Notes: a model not told the origin generated them from the letters alone. A stretch of 64,000 nucleotides of DNA from an uncultured Pseudomonadota bacterium (GCA_963834845.1 CAWICY010000004.1:2649530-2713529); one strand, 5' to 3'; counted from the first letter of the stretch, positions 33,723-42,381 are shown. Made by a program: numbers and translations.

Positions 33723-34787
33723 GTGGCGCAGGGCGTCGGGCGCTTCGTGCTGACGCCGCTCTTGCCCGGCATGCGCGCCGCGGCCGGCCTCGACGCGGCG
33801 CAGGCCGGGCTCATCGCCGGCACCAACTTCGCCGGCTACCTCGCGGGCAGCCTGTGGGTCGCGAGCCGCGCGCGCGAGGGGCGCATCGGCGCGGTGCCGC
33901 TCGGCCTGGCGCTGGTGCTCGGCGGCGCGGCGGCGATGGCGCTCGCGCCGGCGCTGCCGCTGTGGCTCGCGGCACGCTTCGTTTCCGGGCTGGGCGGCGC
34001 GCTGCTGTTCCTCGGCGCGCTCGACGCCTATGCGCGCGCCGCACCCTCGCCGGCGGACGTGCGGCCGCTCGCTGGCGTCGGGCTGGGCATCGCGGCGACC
34101 GGCCTCGCGGTGCTGCCCTGGCTGTCCGAGTGGCGCGCCGGCTGGCTCGCCGTGGCGCTGCTCGGCGCGCTCGCCGCGCCGGTGGTGCTGCGCCTGCCGC
34201 GCGGCGATGCGCATGGCCCGCGCGCGCACGAGCCGCCGCCCGAGCACAGCGGGCCGATGCTGCGCCTGGCGCTGTCGTACATCGGCTACGGCTTCGGTTT
34301 CGGCGCCGCTGGAACCTTCTTCGTCAACGTCGTCTCGGGCGGCGCGCTGCACGCTGCGGCGCTGGTGTGGGTGGTGGTCGGCCTGTGCGCGGCGGTGTCG
34401 ATCTGGGTCTGGGCCTGGGTGCGGCGGCGCGCGAGCGGCACGCGCGCGCTGTGCGCCGCAAACGTGCTGCATGCGTTCAGCATCTTTCTGGTGGCGCTCG
34501 ACCCGCGTCCGCTCACGGCGGCGATCGCGGGCGTGTTCTTCGGCGGCACGGTGGTCGCCATTACCGCGCTGGCGCTGCCGCTCGCGCGCGCGCTCGCGCC
34601 GCGCTCGCCGCGCCGCGCCGTGGCCTGGGTGACGGCGTTGTTCGGCGTCGGCAACATCGCGGGTCCGCCCGCGGTCGGCTGGCTCGGCGAGCGCCTCGGC
34701 TCGCTCGCGCACGGCCTGCTCGGCGCGGCGCTGGTTGCGGCGGCCGGCGCGTTGGTGCTGGTCCCCGACCTGCGCCGCGGCCGCTAA
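33723..34787 (+). CDS. YbfB/YjiJ-type MFS transporter
   Basis: GVGRFVLTPLLPGM.....LD.AQAGLIAGTNFAGYLAG is the family N-terminal motif. About 11-12 hydrophobic segments. The family normally has one more N-terminal helix, so the true start is probably upstream of GTG 33723 (see findings). Confidence 0.75.
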   Translation: MAQGVGRFVLTPLLPGMRAAAGLDAAQAGLIAGTNFAGYLAGSLWVASRAREGRIGAVPLGLALVLGGAAAMALAPALPLWLAARFVSGLGGALLFLGALDAYARAAPSPADVRPLAGVGLGIAATGLAVLPWLSEWRAGWLAVALLGALAAPVVLRLPRGDAHGPRAHEPPPEHSGPMLRLALSYIGYGFGFGAAGTFFVNVVSGGALHAAALVWVVVGLCAAVSIWVWAWVRRRASGTRALCAANVLHAFSIFLVALDPRPLTAAIAGVFFGGTVVAITALALPLARALAPRSPRRAVAWVTALFGVGNIAGPPAVGWLGERLGSLAHGLLGAALVAAAGALVLVPDLRRGR

Positions 34788-35098
34788 TCCACCTCGATCT
34801 CCATCTCCAGCAGCGCATAGCTGAGGCTCTTGCCGTGCGCGTCGAGCGCAAGCGAGGTGGTGACCCCGCCGCCGAGTGCGCCCTCGCACACGAACTGCAG
34901 CGCGCACAGGTTGGGCACTTCGTGGCGCACGACCTCGCCGCTGACGACCTGCGCAAGGTGCGCCTTGACGCGCGCCGCGGTGACCGCCTCGCGCAGCAGT
35001 GGGTAGTCCGCGTCGCGCAGCGCGATCAGCGACAGGATCGAGGTGTTGCCCTTGTCGCCGGCGCGGCAGTGCGCGAGCTCATACAAGCGTTTTTTCAC
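34784..35098 (-). CDS. Small protein resembling the DUF4387 / AtuA C-terminal module
   Basis: 104 aa (MKKRLYELAHCRAGDKGNTSILSLIAL...). Immediately downstream of, and overlapping by 20 nt, the DUF1446 gene, which is the usual partner arrangement. Confidence 0.55.
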   Translation of the reverse strand: MKKRLYELAHCRAGDKGNTSILSLIALRDADYPLLREAVTAARVKAHLAQVVSGEVVRHEVPNLCALQFVCEGALGGGVTTSLALDAHGKSLSYALLEMEIEVD

Positions 35099-36413
35099 CG
35101 CGCGTTTCCCTGATGGTGAGCTGCGGGCGCACCCGCTCGCGCTCGACGAGCGTCGAGACTACGCCGACCTGCTCGCGCACGTATTTGCGCGCGCCGCCGC
35201 CGCCGCCGGGACCGTTGGTCCACAGCGCCTCGACCTCCTCGCCAACCAGCTCGGCCTTCTCGCGCAGCGTCGCGCGAGCGGCGACGCGCAGCCGCACCTC
35301 GTAGGGCTCGCCCGCGACGCGCGAGGCCTTGCCGTGCAGCGAGTCGCAGCCGATGTAGTCGATGCGCAGCTCGCGGAACTCGCCCGCCAGACGCGCGCGC
35401 ACGGTCTCGCCGGCGAGCCGCGCGCGCGCCAGCGCGTTCGGCCCCGCGTAGCCCATCTCGCCTTCGCCGACGTAGCCCGCGTGGTAGCCGATGCTCGCCT
35501 TGAGCGTCGCGGGGCGCGCGCGGCCGCTCGCGCCGGAGACCGCGACCCGGTCGGCGCCCGCCTGCGCAATGCGCACCGTGGTGAAGTCGGCCACCACGTC
35601 GGGCGTCAGGTAGGCGCGCGGATCGGTGACCTCGTAGAGCAGCTGCTCCCTGACCGTCATCAGGTCGATGCGCCCGCCGGTGTCCTCGGGCTTGCCGAGC
35701 ACGAAGCGGCCGTCGGCGCCGATCTCCGCCCAGGGAAAGCCGAGCCGGGCGAAATCGGGCACGTCCTTCACGCCCGGGTCGGCGAAATAGCCGCCGGTGA
35801 CCTGCCCGGCGCACTCCAGCAGGTGGCCCATTGCCGTGCCGGCGGCCATGCGCCCGACGTCGGCCAGGTCCCAGCCGAGCTCGTGCGCCGCGGGCGCGAG
35901 GAACAGCGACGGATCGGCAACCCGTCCGGTGAGGATCACGTCGGCGCCGCTCGCCAGCGCCGGAAGCAGCGCGTCGGCACCGAGGTAAGCGTTGGCGGAA
36001 ACGAGCCACGGGTAGTCGCCGACCCTGCCGCCGGTCTCGAGGATGCGGTCCGCGGGGCGCAGCGCCTTCAGCACGTCGTCGCCGGTGACCGCCGCCACCT
36101 TGAGCGCGAGCCCGCGGCGCCGCGCGATGCCGAGCACCGCGTCGGCGGCGGCGACCGGATTGGCCGCGCCCATGTTGCTGATGACGCGAACGCCGCGGCG
36201 CTTGATCACCGGCAGCAGCAGCTCCATGCGCCGCGCGAGCAGCGGATCGTAGCCCTCGGCCGGGTCCTTGAGCCTGCGCAGCTGCGCCAGCGCGATGGTG
36301 CGCTCTGCGAGGCACTCGAGGCCGAGGTAGCGGATGTCGCCGCGCTCGGCGAGCACCACCGCCGGCTCGAGCCGGTCGCCCGCGAAGCCTGCGCCGGAGC
36401 CGATGCGAATCAT
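35079..36413 (-). CDS. AtuA-like acyclic-terpene-utilisation family protein (DUF1446)
   Basis: MIRIGSGAGFAGDRLEPAVVLAERGDIRYLGLECLAERTIALAQ...; ...ANAYLGA..L..AL..GADVILTGRVADPSL...HLLECAGQVTGGYFADP. The start overlaps the upstream ligase stop (ATGA-type). Confidence 0.75.
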   Translation of the reverse strand: MIRIGSGAGFAGDRLEPAVVLAERGDIRYLGLECLAERTIALAQLRRLKDPAEGYDPLLARRMELLLPVIKRRGVRVISNMGAANPVAAADAVLGIARRRGLALKVAAVTGDDVLKALRPADRILETGGRVGDYPWLVSANAYLGADALLPALASGADVILTGRVADPSLFLAPAAHELGWDLADVGRMAAGTAMGHLLECAGQVTGGYFADPGVKDVPDFARLGFPWAEIGADGRFVLGKPEDTGGRIDLMTVREQLLYEVTDPRAYLTPDVVADFTTVRIAQAGADRVAVSGASGRARPATLKASIGYHAGYVGEGEMGYAGPNALARARLAGETVRARLAGEFRELRIDYIGCDSLHGKASRVAGEPYEVRLRVAARATLREKAELVGEEVEALWTNGPGGGGGARKYVREQVGVVSTLVERERVRPQLTIRETRGEKTLV

Positions 36414-38068
36414 GTGAACTCCCTTTCCTGCAGCGCGCGCCACATCAGCTTGCCGGAGGCGGTGCGCGGCAGCGCCTCGGAGAACTCGATCAGTCGCGGC
36501 GCCTTGTAGGCCGCCATCTGGCCGCGCGCCCAGCCGAGGATATCGTCGCTCGTGACCTTGCCGGCGAACTCCTTCTTCAGCACCACCACGGCCTTCACCG
36601 TCTCGCCGCGGCGCGCATCGGGCGAGGCGATGATGCAGCACTCCTGGATCGCCGGGTGCCGGTACATCGCCGCCTCGACCTCGGCCGGCCAGACCTTGAA
36701 GCCCGCGGCGTTGATCATGCGCTTCAAGCGGTCGGAAATGTAGTAGTAGCCGTCCTCGTCCATGCGACCGAGATCGCCGGTGCGGAAGAACCGCTTGCCG
36801 CCGATCTCGGCCCAGGACTCGCGGTAGGCCTGCTCGTTGTTCCAGTAGCCGGTGAGCAGCTGCGGGCCGCGCACCACGATTTCGCCCTGCTCGCCGGGAT
36901 CGAGCACGCGCAAGGTCTCCGGATCGACGACGTGCGACTCGGTGTCGAAATAGGGAAAGCCCAGGCACTGCTTCTTCGGGCGCTCGGGCGGGTTCATGTG
37001 CGTCTGCGAGATGGTCTCGGTCATCCCGTAGCCCTCGAGGTAATGGATGCCGCAGGTGTCGTACAGCTTCTGCGCGATCGCCTCGGGCATGGCCGAGCCG
37101 CCGCCGAAGATGCAGCTGAGCGAGGAAACGTCGTGCTTGAGGGCCTGGGGATGCGACAGCAGGTCGACCACCATGGTCGGCACGTTCGCCCAGTGTGTGC
37201 AGCGGTGGCGCTCGATCAGGCGCGCCGCGAGGTGGGCGTCCCAGCGCGGCTGGATGACCGTCGTCGCGCCCGCATAGACCGACGCGTGCAGCGTGTGCAC
37301 GAAGCCCGTGACGTGGAACATCGGCGCAGTCGACAGCGCCACCGTGTCCTGGTGGATGTCTTCCCATAGCGCCGCGCCGGCGACGTTGAACATCACCGTC
37401 GCGTGCGTGTGCATGCAGCCCTTGGGCAGGCCGGTGCTGCCCGAGGTGTAGGGCATGACGCACAGCGTGCCGGGCTGCGCGCGCGAGGGCTCGGGCGCGT
37501 GGCCCATGGCGAGCGCGTGCGGCCACAACGTGACGCCGCGCGCGTCGATGCGCTCGCGCTTCGCCGCCACCGCCTCGGGAAGCGGCAGATCCGTGTCGAG
37601 CGACGCGTAGTCCGCGTACGCGGCGACCAGCACGCGCTCGAGCGGCGTGCGGCCGAGCAGGTCGCCGATTCTCGGCCAGGCTTCCTGGCCGACGATCGCG
37701 ACGCGCGCGCCGCTGTCCTCGAGGTAGTGCGCCAGCTCCCCGGCGACGCACATCGGGCTCACCGGCACCATCACCGCGTCGGCGCGCAGGATGGCGTAGC
37801 AGGCGAGCAGGAACTGCGGGCTGTTCTGCAGGTCGACCAGCACGCGCTCGCCCGGCCGCACGCCGCAGGCCTTCTGCAGGAAGCCCGCGAGCCGCAGCGT
37901 CTGCTCTTCGGCGTCGCGGTAGCGCAGCTCGGTGCCGAAGAACAGCGTCGCCGGCTTGTCGGGATAGCGCCGCGCCGAGACCTCGAGCAGCTCGTGCAGG
38001 GCCGAGCGCGGCGCCGTCAAGTGGTGACCGAAGCGCTTCGGCCAGAAGCGATAGTGGCGCGGGGTCAT
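36410..38068 (-). CDS. AMP-dependent acyl-CoA synthetase/ligase
   Basis: 552 aa. PYTSGSTGLPKGCMHTH, ...YGMTET..., TGDLGRMDEDGYYYISDRLKRMINAAGFKVWPAEVE, ...SGKLMWR. Confidence 0.92.
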   Translation of the reverse strand: MTPRHYRFWPKRFGHHLTAPRSALHELLEVSARRYPDKPATLFFGTELRYRDAEEQTLRLAGFLQKACGVRPGERVLVDLQNSPQFLLACYAILRADAVMVPVSPMCVAGELAHYLEDSGARVAIVGQEAWPRIGDLLGRTPLERVLVAAYADYASLDTDLPLPEAVAAKRERIDARGVTLWPHALAMGHAPEPSRAQPGTLCVMPYTSGSTGLPKGCMHTHATVMFNVAGAALWEDIHQDTVALSTAPMFHVTGFVHTLHASVYAGATTVIQPRWDAHLAARLIERHRCTHWANVPTMVVDLLSHPQALKHDVSSLSCIFGGGSAMPEAIAQKLYDTCGIHYLEGYGMTETISQTHMNPPERPKKQCLGFPYFDTESHVVDPETLRVLDPGEQGEIVVRGPQLLTGYWNNEQAYRESWAEIGGKRFFRTGDLGRMDEDGYYYISDRLKRMINAAGFKVWPAEVEAAMYRHPAIQECCIIASPDARRGETVKAVVVLKKEFAGKVTSDDILGWARGQMAAYKAPRLIEFSEALPRTASGKLMWRALQEREFT

Positions 38069-38106
38069 GAAGCCAGAGAGTATATTAGACGCGCCTTGGA
38101 GGAATC

Positions 38107-38451
38107 ATGATCGCGGTAATCTTCGAATTCACGCCCGCCCCGGGCCGCAAGCAGGAGTACCTCGACCTCGCCGCGGCGCTCAAGCCCGAGCTCGAGCGCG
38201 CCGACGGCTTCGTCTCGATCGAGCGCTTCGAGAGCATCACCGCGCCCGGGCACTTCGTGTCGATCTCGTACTGGCGCGACGAGCAGGCGGTGCGGCAATG
38301 GCGCAACCTCGAGCAGCACCGCGAGGCGCAGGCGAAGGGACGGAGCGGCATCTTCGCCGGTTATCGGCTGCGCGTGGCCTCGGTACTGCGCGACTACGGC
38401 CGCGGCGAGCGCGCCCAGGCGCCCGAGGACAGCGTCGCCGCGCACGGCTAG
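38107..38451 (+). CDS. Antibiotic-biosynthesis-monooxygenase (ABM) domain protein
   Basis: MIAVIFEFTPAPGRKQEYLDLAAAL.P.LE...GF.SIERFES.....HFVSISYWRDE.AV..WRN...H..AQ. Confidence 0.75.
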   Translation: MIAVIFEFTPAPGRKQEYLDLAAALKPELERADGFVSIERFESITAPGHFVSISYWRDEQAVRQWRNLEQHREAQAKGRSGIFAGYRLRVASVLRDYGRGERAQAPEDSVAAHG

Positions 38452-38804
38452 GCCGTGCGCGAGGCGAGCCAGGCGAGGGCTTCGTCCAGATTGGTGAACG
38501 CGCGCAGCCGCGCGTCCGGGCTTTCGGCGACCAGCTGGGCGAAGCGTGGGCTCGCTGTGCGTTCGTTTGCGGCGGCAAGCATTGCCGTCTTACAACGCTC
38601 GGCAAGCACCTCGCAAAGGCGATACAGATCGAGTACGTCGAGCGTCTCGTCGGCCTCGCGCAGGTCTACCAGCAGCACGCACGGCGCGGCGATGGTCGCG
38701 GCGAGGCGCGCGACCATCGCCTTGCTGGCGTCGAAGTCGAGCCGGTCTTGCGCCGTCGTCATGACGAACTCGTGGGGGCGAACGAGCTTGACGTCGACCG
38801 GCAC
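38448..38804 (-). CDS. Hypothetical protein (STAS-like feel); start uncertain
   Basis: The ORF ends ...RLRAFTNLDEALAWLASRTA. Possible starts are GTG 38804 (10 nt after the amidase stop) or ATG 38762. No RBS and no family recognised with confidence. Confidence 0.4.
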   Translation of the reverse strand: MPVDVKLVRPHEFVMTTAQDRLDFDASKAMVARLAATIAAPCVLLVDLREADETLDVLDLYRLCEVLAERCKTAMLAAANERTASPRFAQLVAESPDARLRAFTNLDEALAWLASRTA

Positions 38805-38814
38805 GGCCGCCCGA

Positions 38815-40248
38815 TCACACCATCTTGTCGGCTTCCGGCTCGCGGGCGGCGAGCGCCGCGAGGTCCGGCATCGGGATCGGCTGCTCCGACTCGAAGGCGC
38901 GCGCGGCGCGCAGCACCAGCGCATCGGCGTAGCGCGGCCCGACGATGTGCAGGCCCACCGGCAGGCCCGCGGCCGTCAGCCCGCAGGGAATCGAGGCCGC
39001 GGGCTGCTGCGTCAGGTTGAACGGGTAGGAGAAGGGCGTCCAGTCGGTCCAGCGCTTTTCCTTCATGACGTCGGCCACCTCCTTGCCCGCGTCGAAGGCG
39101 GCAAGCGGCAGGCTGGGCGTGAGCAGCAAGTCGTACTTCTCGTGGAACTGGTTCATGTGCACGCCGAGCGCGCCGCGCCGCTGCACCGCGTCGAGCAGCT
39201 CGAGCATGCCGATCTTCGCGCCCTGCTCGGCGACTTCGACCAGGCCGGGATCGACGAGCGCCTTCTGCTGCGGCGAGAAATTCTTCAGCAGGTAGGCGGC
39301 GCCCGTGAACCAGTGCGCGCGGAACACCGGCTCGGCATTTACGAAGCCCGGATCCACCGGCTCGACCAGCGCGCCAAGATCGACGAAGCGCATCGCCGCC
39401 TGCTCGACCAGCGCGGCCACTTCAGGGTCGACTTCGGCGTAGCCGAGGTTGGCCGAGTAGGCGATGCGCAGGCCGCGCACGCCCTCGTCCAGGCCGACGC
39501 GGTAATCGCGCGGCTCGTAGGGCAGGGCGAACCAGTCGCGCGTGTCGGGCCGCGACAGCACGTTTAGCAGCAGCGCGGCGTCGTGCACGCTGCGGGTCAT
39601 CGGCCCGACGTGCGCCACCGTGCCGAACGGCGACAGCGGCCAGGCGGGCACGCGACCGAACGACGGCTTGAGGCCGAACAGGCCGGTGAAGGCGCAGGGA
39701 ATGCGGATCGAGCCGCCGCCGTCGGTGCCGAGGGTCAGCGGCCCCATGCCCGCGGCGACCGCCGCCGCGGCGCCGCCCGAGGAGCCGCCGGGCGTCTTGG
39801 CGGGGTTCCACGGATTGCGCGTGATGCCGGTGAGCGAATTGTCCGTGACGCCCTTCCAGCCGAACTCCGGAGTGGTGGTCTTGCCGAGCAGCACCGCGCC
39901 CGCTTCGCGCAGCCGCGCCACGGCGGGCGCGTCGTCGTTCCACGGGCCCTTCGGATCGACGGTGCGCGAGCCGCGCAGCGTTGGCCAGCCCTTGGTGAGC
40001 AGCAGGTCCTTGATCGATGCGGGAACGCCGTCGAGCATGCCTTTCGGTTCGCCCTTCATCCAGCGCGCCTCCGATTCCTTGGCGACCGCGAGCGCGTCGG
40101 GCGCGAGGAAGCAGAAGCAGTTCAGCAGCGGGTTGAGGTCGTCGATCTGCTTGAGCACCGCGCGCGTCACCTCGACGGGCGAAATGCGCTTGCTGCGGTA
40201 CAGGTGGAGCAGCTCGACGGCGGACAGGGTGAGCAGGTCGGAGGACAT
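38815..40248 (-). CDS. Amidase (amidase-signature family)
   Basis: 477 aa. GVPASIKDL, ...GGSSGGAAAAVAAGMGPLTLGTDGGGSIRIP (AS signature). Confidence 0.92.
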   Translation of the reverse strand: MSSDLLTLSAVELLHLYRSKRISPVEVTRAVLKQIDDLNPLLNCFCFLAPDALAVAKESEARWMKGEPKGMLDGVPASIKDLLLTKGWPTLRGSRTVDPKGPWNDDAPAVARLREAGAVLLGKTTTPEFGWKGVTDNSLTGITRNPWNPAKTPGGSSGGAAAAVAAGMGPLTLGTDGGGSIRIPCAFTGLFGLKPSFGRVPAWPLSPFGTVAHVGPMTRSVHDAALLLNVLSRPDTRDWFALPYEPRDYRVGLDEGVRGLRIAYSANLGYAEVDPEVAALVEQAAMRFVDLGALVEPVDPGFVNAEPVFRAHWFTGAAYLLKNFSPQQKALVDPGLVEVAEQGAKIGMLELLDAVQRRGALGVHMNQFHEKYDLLLTPSLPLAAFDAGKEVADVMKEKRWTDWTPFSYPFNLTQQPAASIPCGLTAAGLPVGLHIVGPRYADALVLRAARAFESEQPIPMPDLAALAAREPEADKMV

Positions 40249-40260
40249 GGACTCGCGATC

Positions 40261-41154
40261 TCAGGTTCCGGAATACCGAAATCGGCTGGCCAGCGCCTCG
40301 GCGGTGCCGAACAGCCATGCTCCGCCGAGCGCCGGCGGCATGCGTGCAGAATACAGGGTCCCGCGCGGCTGCGCGACTGCGCCGGCACGCGCGCAGCGCC
40401 CGAGAAGCTCCCCGGGGTCGCGGCAGGCGAGCGCGTAGCCGGCGAGCGCGGGCGCCGCCGGGGCGCCGCCGAGCAGCGCGACGAGATCCTCCCTGCGGCC
40501 GACCAGCAGATCGCCGCGCGCGGTCGGCAGCCTCACGAACGCTCCGGCCGGGCGCGGCGCGAGCCCCGCGAAGCGCGCGTAGCGCGCCGCCACCGCCACC
40601 GGGTCGTCGGCGACGACGAACGCCGCGGCGAGCGCGCTCACGCCGTTGTCGTGCCGCAGCCAGCGCGGCTGCCACAGGCATTCGGGCGTCTTCTGCTCGA
40701 CGAACTGCACGCGTCCCTCGGGCATCGTTTCCGGCGGCACGCGCACCACGCCGAAGCGCGCGCGGCGCGTTGCGCCGTCGGGCATCTCGACATCGCGCGC
40801 GAGATCGACGCCGGGCAGCGGGGCGAAGCCGTGGCGCGCGAGGCGCTCGTGCTCGGCCGCGGCGTTAGGAGTGCCCAGGGCGAGGATGTGCACGCCCGCG
40901 TAGCGCGCCATCGCCGCGCGCGTGCGGCGCGCGTGCGGCGTGTCGGCGACCGGCGCGAGCAGCTCGATGTAGCCCGCGTCGAGCATGACGCAGCGGTTGG
41001 CGGTGCCGGTGGGGCCCTCGGCCGTCGCCTGCGCCGAGTACGGCGTCACGACGAAGCCGAGCGTCTGCAGGGCGGCGGCCGCGGCGTCCAGGTCCGGCAC
41101 GAAGTGCGCGACGTGGTCCAGGACCAGGGATCCGGCGATGGCGGTTTGCGGCAC
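40261..41154 (-). CDS. Glyoxalase-like / VOC domain protein
   Basis: LVLDHVAHFVPDLDAAAAALQTLGFVVTP... and ...GYIELL... resemble the glyoxalase-like domain family. GTG 41154 is chosen as the start; the longer ORF to 41259 would overlap the divergent NHase gene. Confidence 0.6.
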   Translation of the reverse strand: MPQTAIAGSLVLDHVAHFVPDLDAAAAALQTLGFVVTPYSAQATAEGPTGTANRCVMLDAGYIELLAPVADTPHARRTRAAMARYAGVHILALGTPNAAAEHERLARHGFAPLPGVDLARDVEMPDGATRRARFGVVRVPPETMPEGRVQFVEQKTPECLWQPRWLRHDNGVSALAAAFVVADDPVAVAARYARFAGLAPRPAGAFVRLPTARGDLLVGRREDLVALLGGAPAAPALAGYALACRDPGELLGRCARAGAVAQPRGTLYSARMPPALGGAWLFGTAEALASRFRYSGT

Positions 41155-41193
41155 GGTGTTTTTTCCGGACGTTGCGGGTGCAATAATAGCCGC

Positions 41194-41511
41194 ATGATCG
41201 AGCGCGGACACCACGACATGGGCGGATTGCCGGGCGGGCCGGTGGAGCGGAGCGAGCACGATTATGCCGATTGGGAGCGGCGCGTCGACGCGCTGATGGT
41301 CCTGCTGTCCGGCGTCAAGGGCGTGCGGAAGCTGCTCACGGTGGACGAGCTGCGCAAGAACATCGAGGCACTTGGACCCGAGGCCTACGACCGGATGAGC
41401 TACTACGAGCGCTGGGTGACCTCGATCACGCAGACCATGCTCCAGCGCGGCGTCATCACCACGGAGGAGCTGGCGCGCAAGATGCGGGAGGTCGAGCGGC
41501 GTGGCGATTGA
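41194..41511 (+). CDS. Nitrile hydratase beta subunit, N-terminal half (separate ORF)
   Basis: MIERGHHDMGGLPGGPVERSEHDYADWERRVDAL....G......VDELR..IE.L.P..Y..MSYYERWV.SI...L..GVIT.EEL matches the N-terminal half of NHase beta (HDxGG start motif). Confidence 0.85.
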   Translation: MIERGHHDMGGLPGGPVERSEHDYADWERRVDALMVLLSGVKGVRKLLTVDELRKNIEALGPEAYDRMSYYERWVTSITQTMLQRGVITTEELARKMREVERRGD

Positions 41512-41791
41512 GGCCCGCTTCAGGCCGGGCGACCGCGTGCGGGTGATGCAGGCCTACCCGCTCGGCCACGTCCGCACGCCTTACTACATCCGCGGCCACA
41601 GCGGCGTGATCGAGCGCGTGTGCGGGTCGTTCCCCAACCCCGAGGAGCTGGCGCAGATGCGCAGCGGTCTGCCCGCGCTGCCGCTGTACCGCGTGCGCTT
41701 CCGGCAAACGGAGGTGTGGCCAGACTACCGCGGCGAGCCAGACGACGTGGTCGAGATCGAGATTTTCCAGCACTGGCTGGAGACTGGATGA
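41501..41791 (+). CDS. Nitrile hydratase beta subunit, C-terminal half (separate ORF)
   Basis: The GTG start overlaps the previous ORF by 11 nt in another frame. [10 protein letters not shown]....[27 protein letters not shown].....G....PLYRVRF....VW......[12 protein letters not shown] matches the NHase beta C-terminal SH3-like half. Confidence 0.85.
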   Translation: MAIEARFRPGDRVRVMQAYPLGHVRTPYYIRGHSGVIERVCGSFPNPEELAQMRSGLPALPLYRVRFRQTEVWPDYRGEPDDVVEIEIFQHWLETG

Positions 41792-42381
41792 GCGAGCTCG
41801 GCAAGTACCAGCCGCTGACCTATTTCCAGCTCATGGAGGTCAGCCTGCGCGAGCTGCTGGTCGAGAAGGGCGTAGTGACCGAGCAGGCGATCGAGGCGGC
41901 CGTCGAGGATATGCGCTCGCGCGGGCCGGAGCGCGGCGCGAGGGTGGTGGCGCGCGCCTGGAGCGACCCGGGATACAAGCGGCGTCTGCTCGAGGACGGC
42001 ACCGCGGCCTGCGAGGAGCTGGGCCTGGACGTTCCGGCGCTGCGCCTGGTGGTGATGGAAAACACGCCCGCGGTGCACAACCTGATCGTGTGCACGCTGT
42101 GCTCGTGCTATCCGCGGATGCTCCTAGGCCTGCCGCCCGACTGGTACAAGTCGCGCAACTACCGCAGCCGCGTGGTGCGCGAGCCGCGCGCCGTGCTCGC
42201 CGAGTTCGGCACCACGATCCCGGACCATGTCGCGATCCGCGTGCACGACTCGACCGCCGACATGCGCTATATGGTGCTGCCGATGCGCCCCGCGGGCACC
42301 GAGGGCTGGGACGAGGAGCGCCTCGCGGCGCTGGTCACGCGCGACTCGATGATCGGCGTGGCGCTGCCGAAGGCGCCTTGA
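41788..42381 (+). CDS. nthA: Nitrile hydratase alpha subunit, cobalt-type (VCTLCSCY)
   Basis: ATGA overlap with beta-C. Metal-binding claw [35 protein letters not shown]; Thr and Tyr at the positions typical of Co-type enzymes. Confidence 0.92.
   Translation: MSELGKYQPLTYFQLMEVSLRELLVEKGVVTEQAIEAAVEDMRSRGPERGARVVARAWSDPGYKRRLLEDGTAACEELGLDVPALRLVVMENTPAVHNLIVCTLCSCYPRMLLGLPPDWYKSRNYRSRVVREPRAVLAEFGTTIPDHVAIRVHDSTADMRYMVLPMRPAGTEGWDEERLAALVTRDSMIGVALPKAP

Noticed and set aside
35079-37751. 890-aa minus-strand ORF, and similar very long Arg/Ala/Pro-rich ORFs (e.g. 52457-55024 +, 10229-12220 +, 15359-17305 -, 39583-41511 +, 45224-46909 +)
   Set aside because: Only their 3' portions match real protein families. 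The N-terminal extensions are low-complexity Arg/Gly/Ala/Pro translations of the wrong frame or the antisense strand of well-supported genes.
41495-41515. Nitrile hydratase beta split as just another sequencing frameshift
   Set aside because: A single-base correction would fuse the halves without the ~25-30-residue linker seen in single-chain beta subunits. The subunit sizes also match known naturally split enzymes. This is not fully excluded, so read-level verification is listed in the finding.
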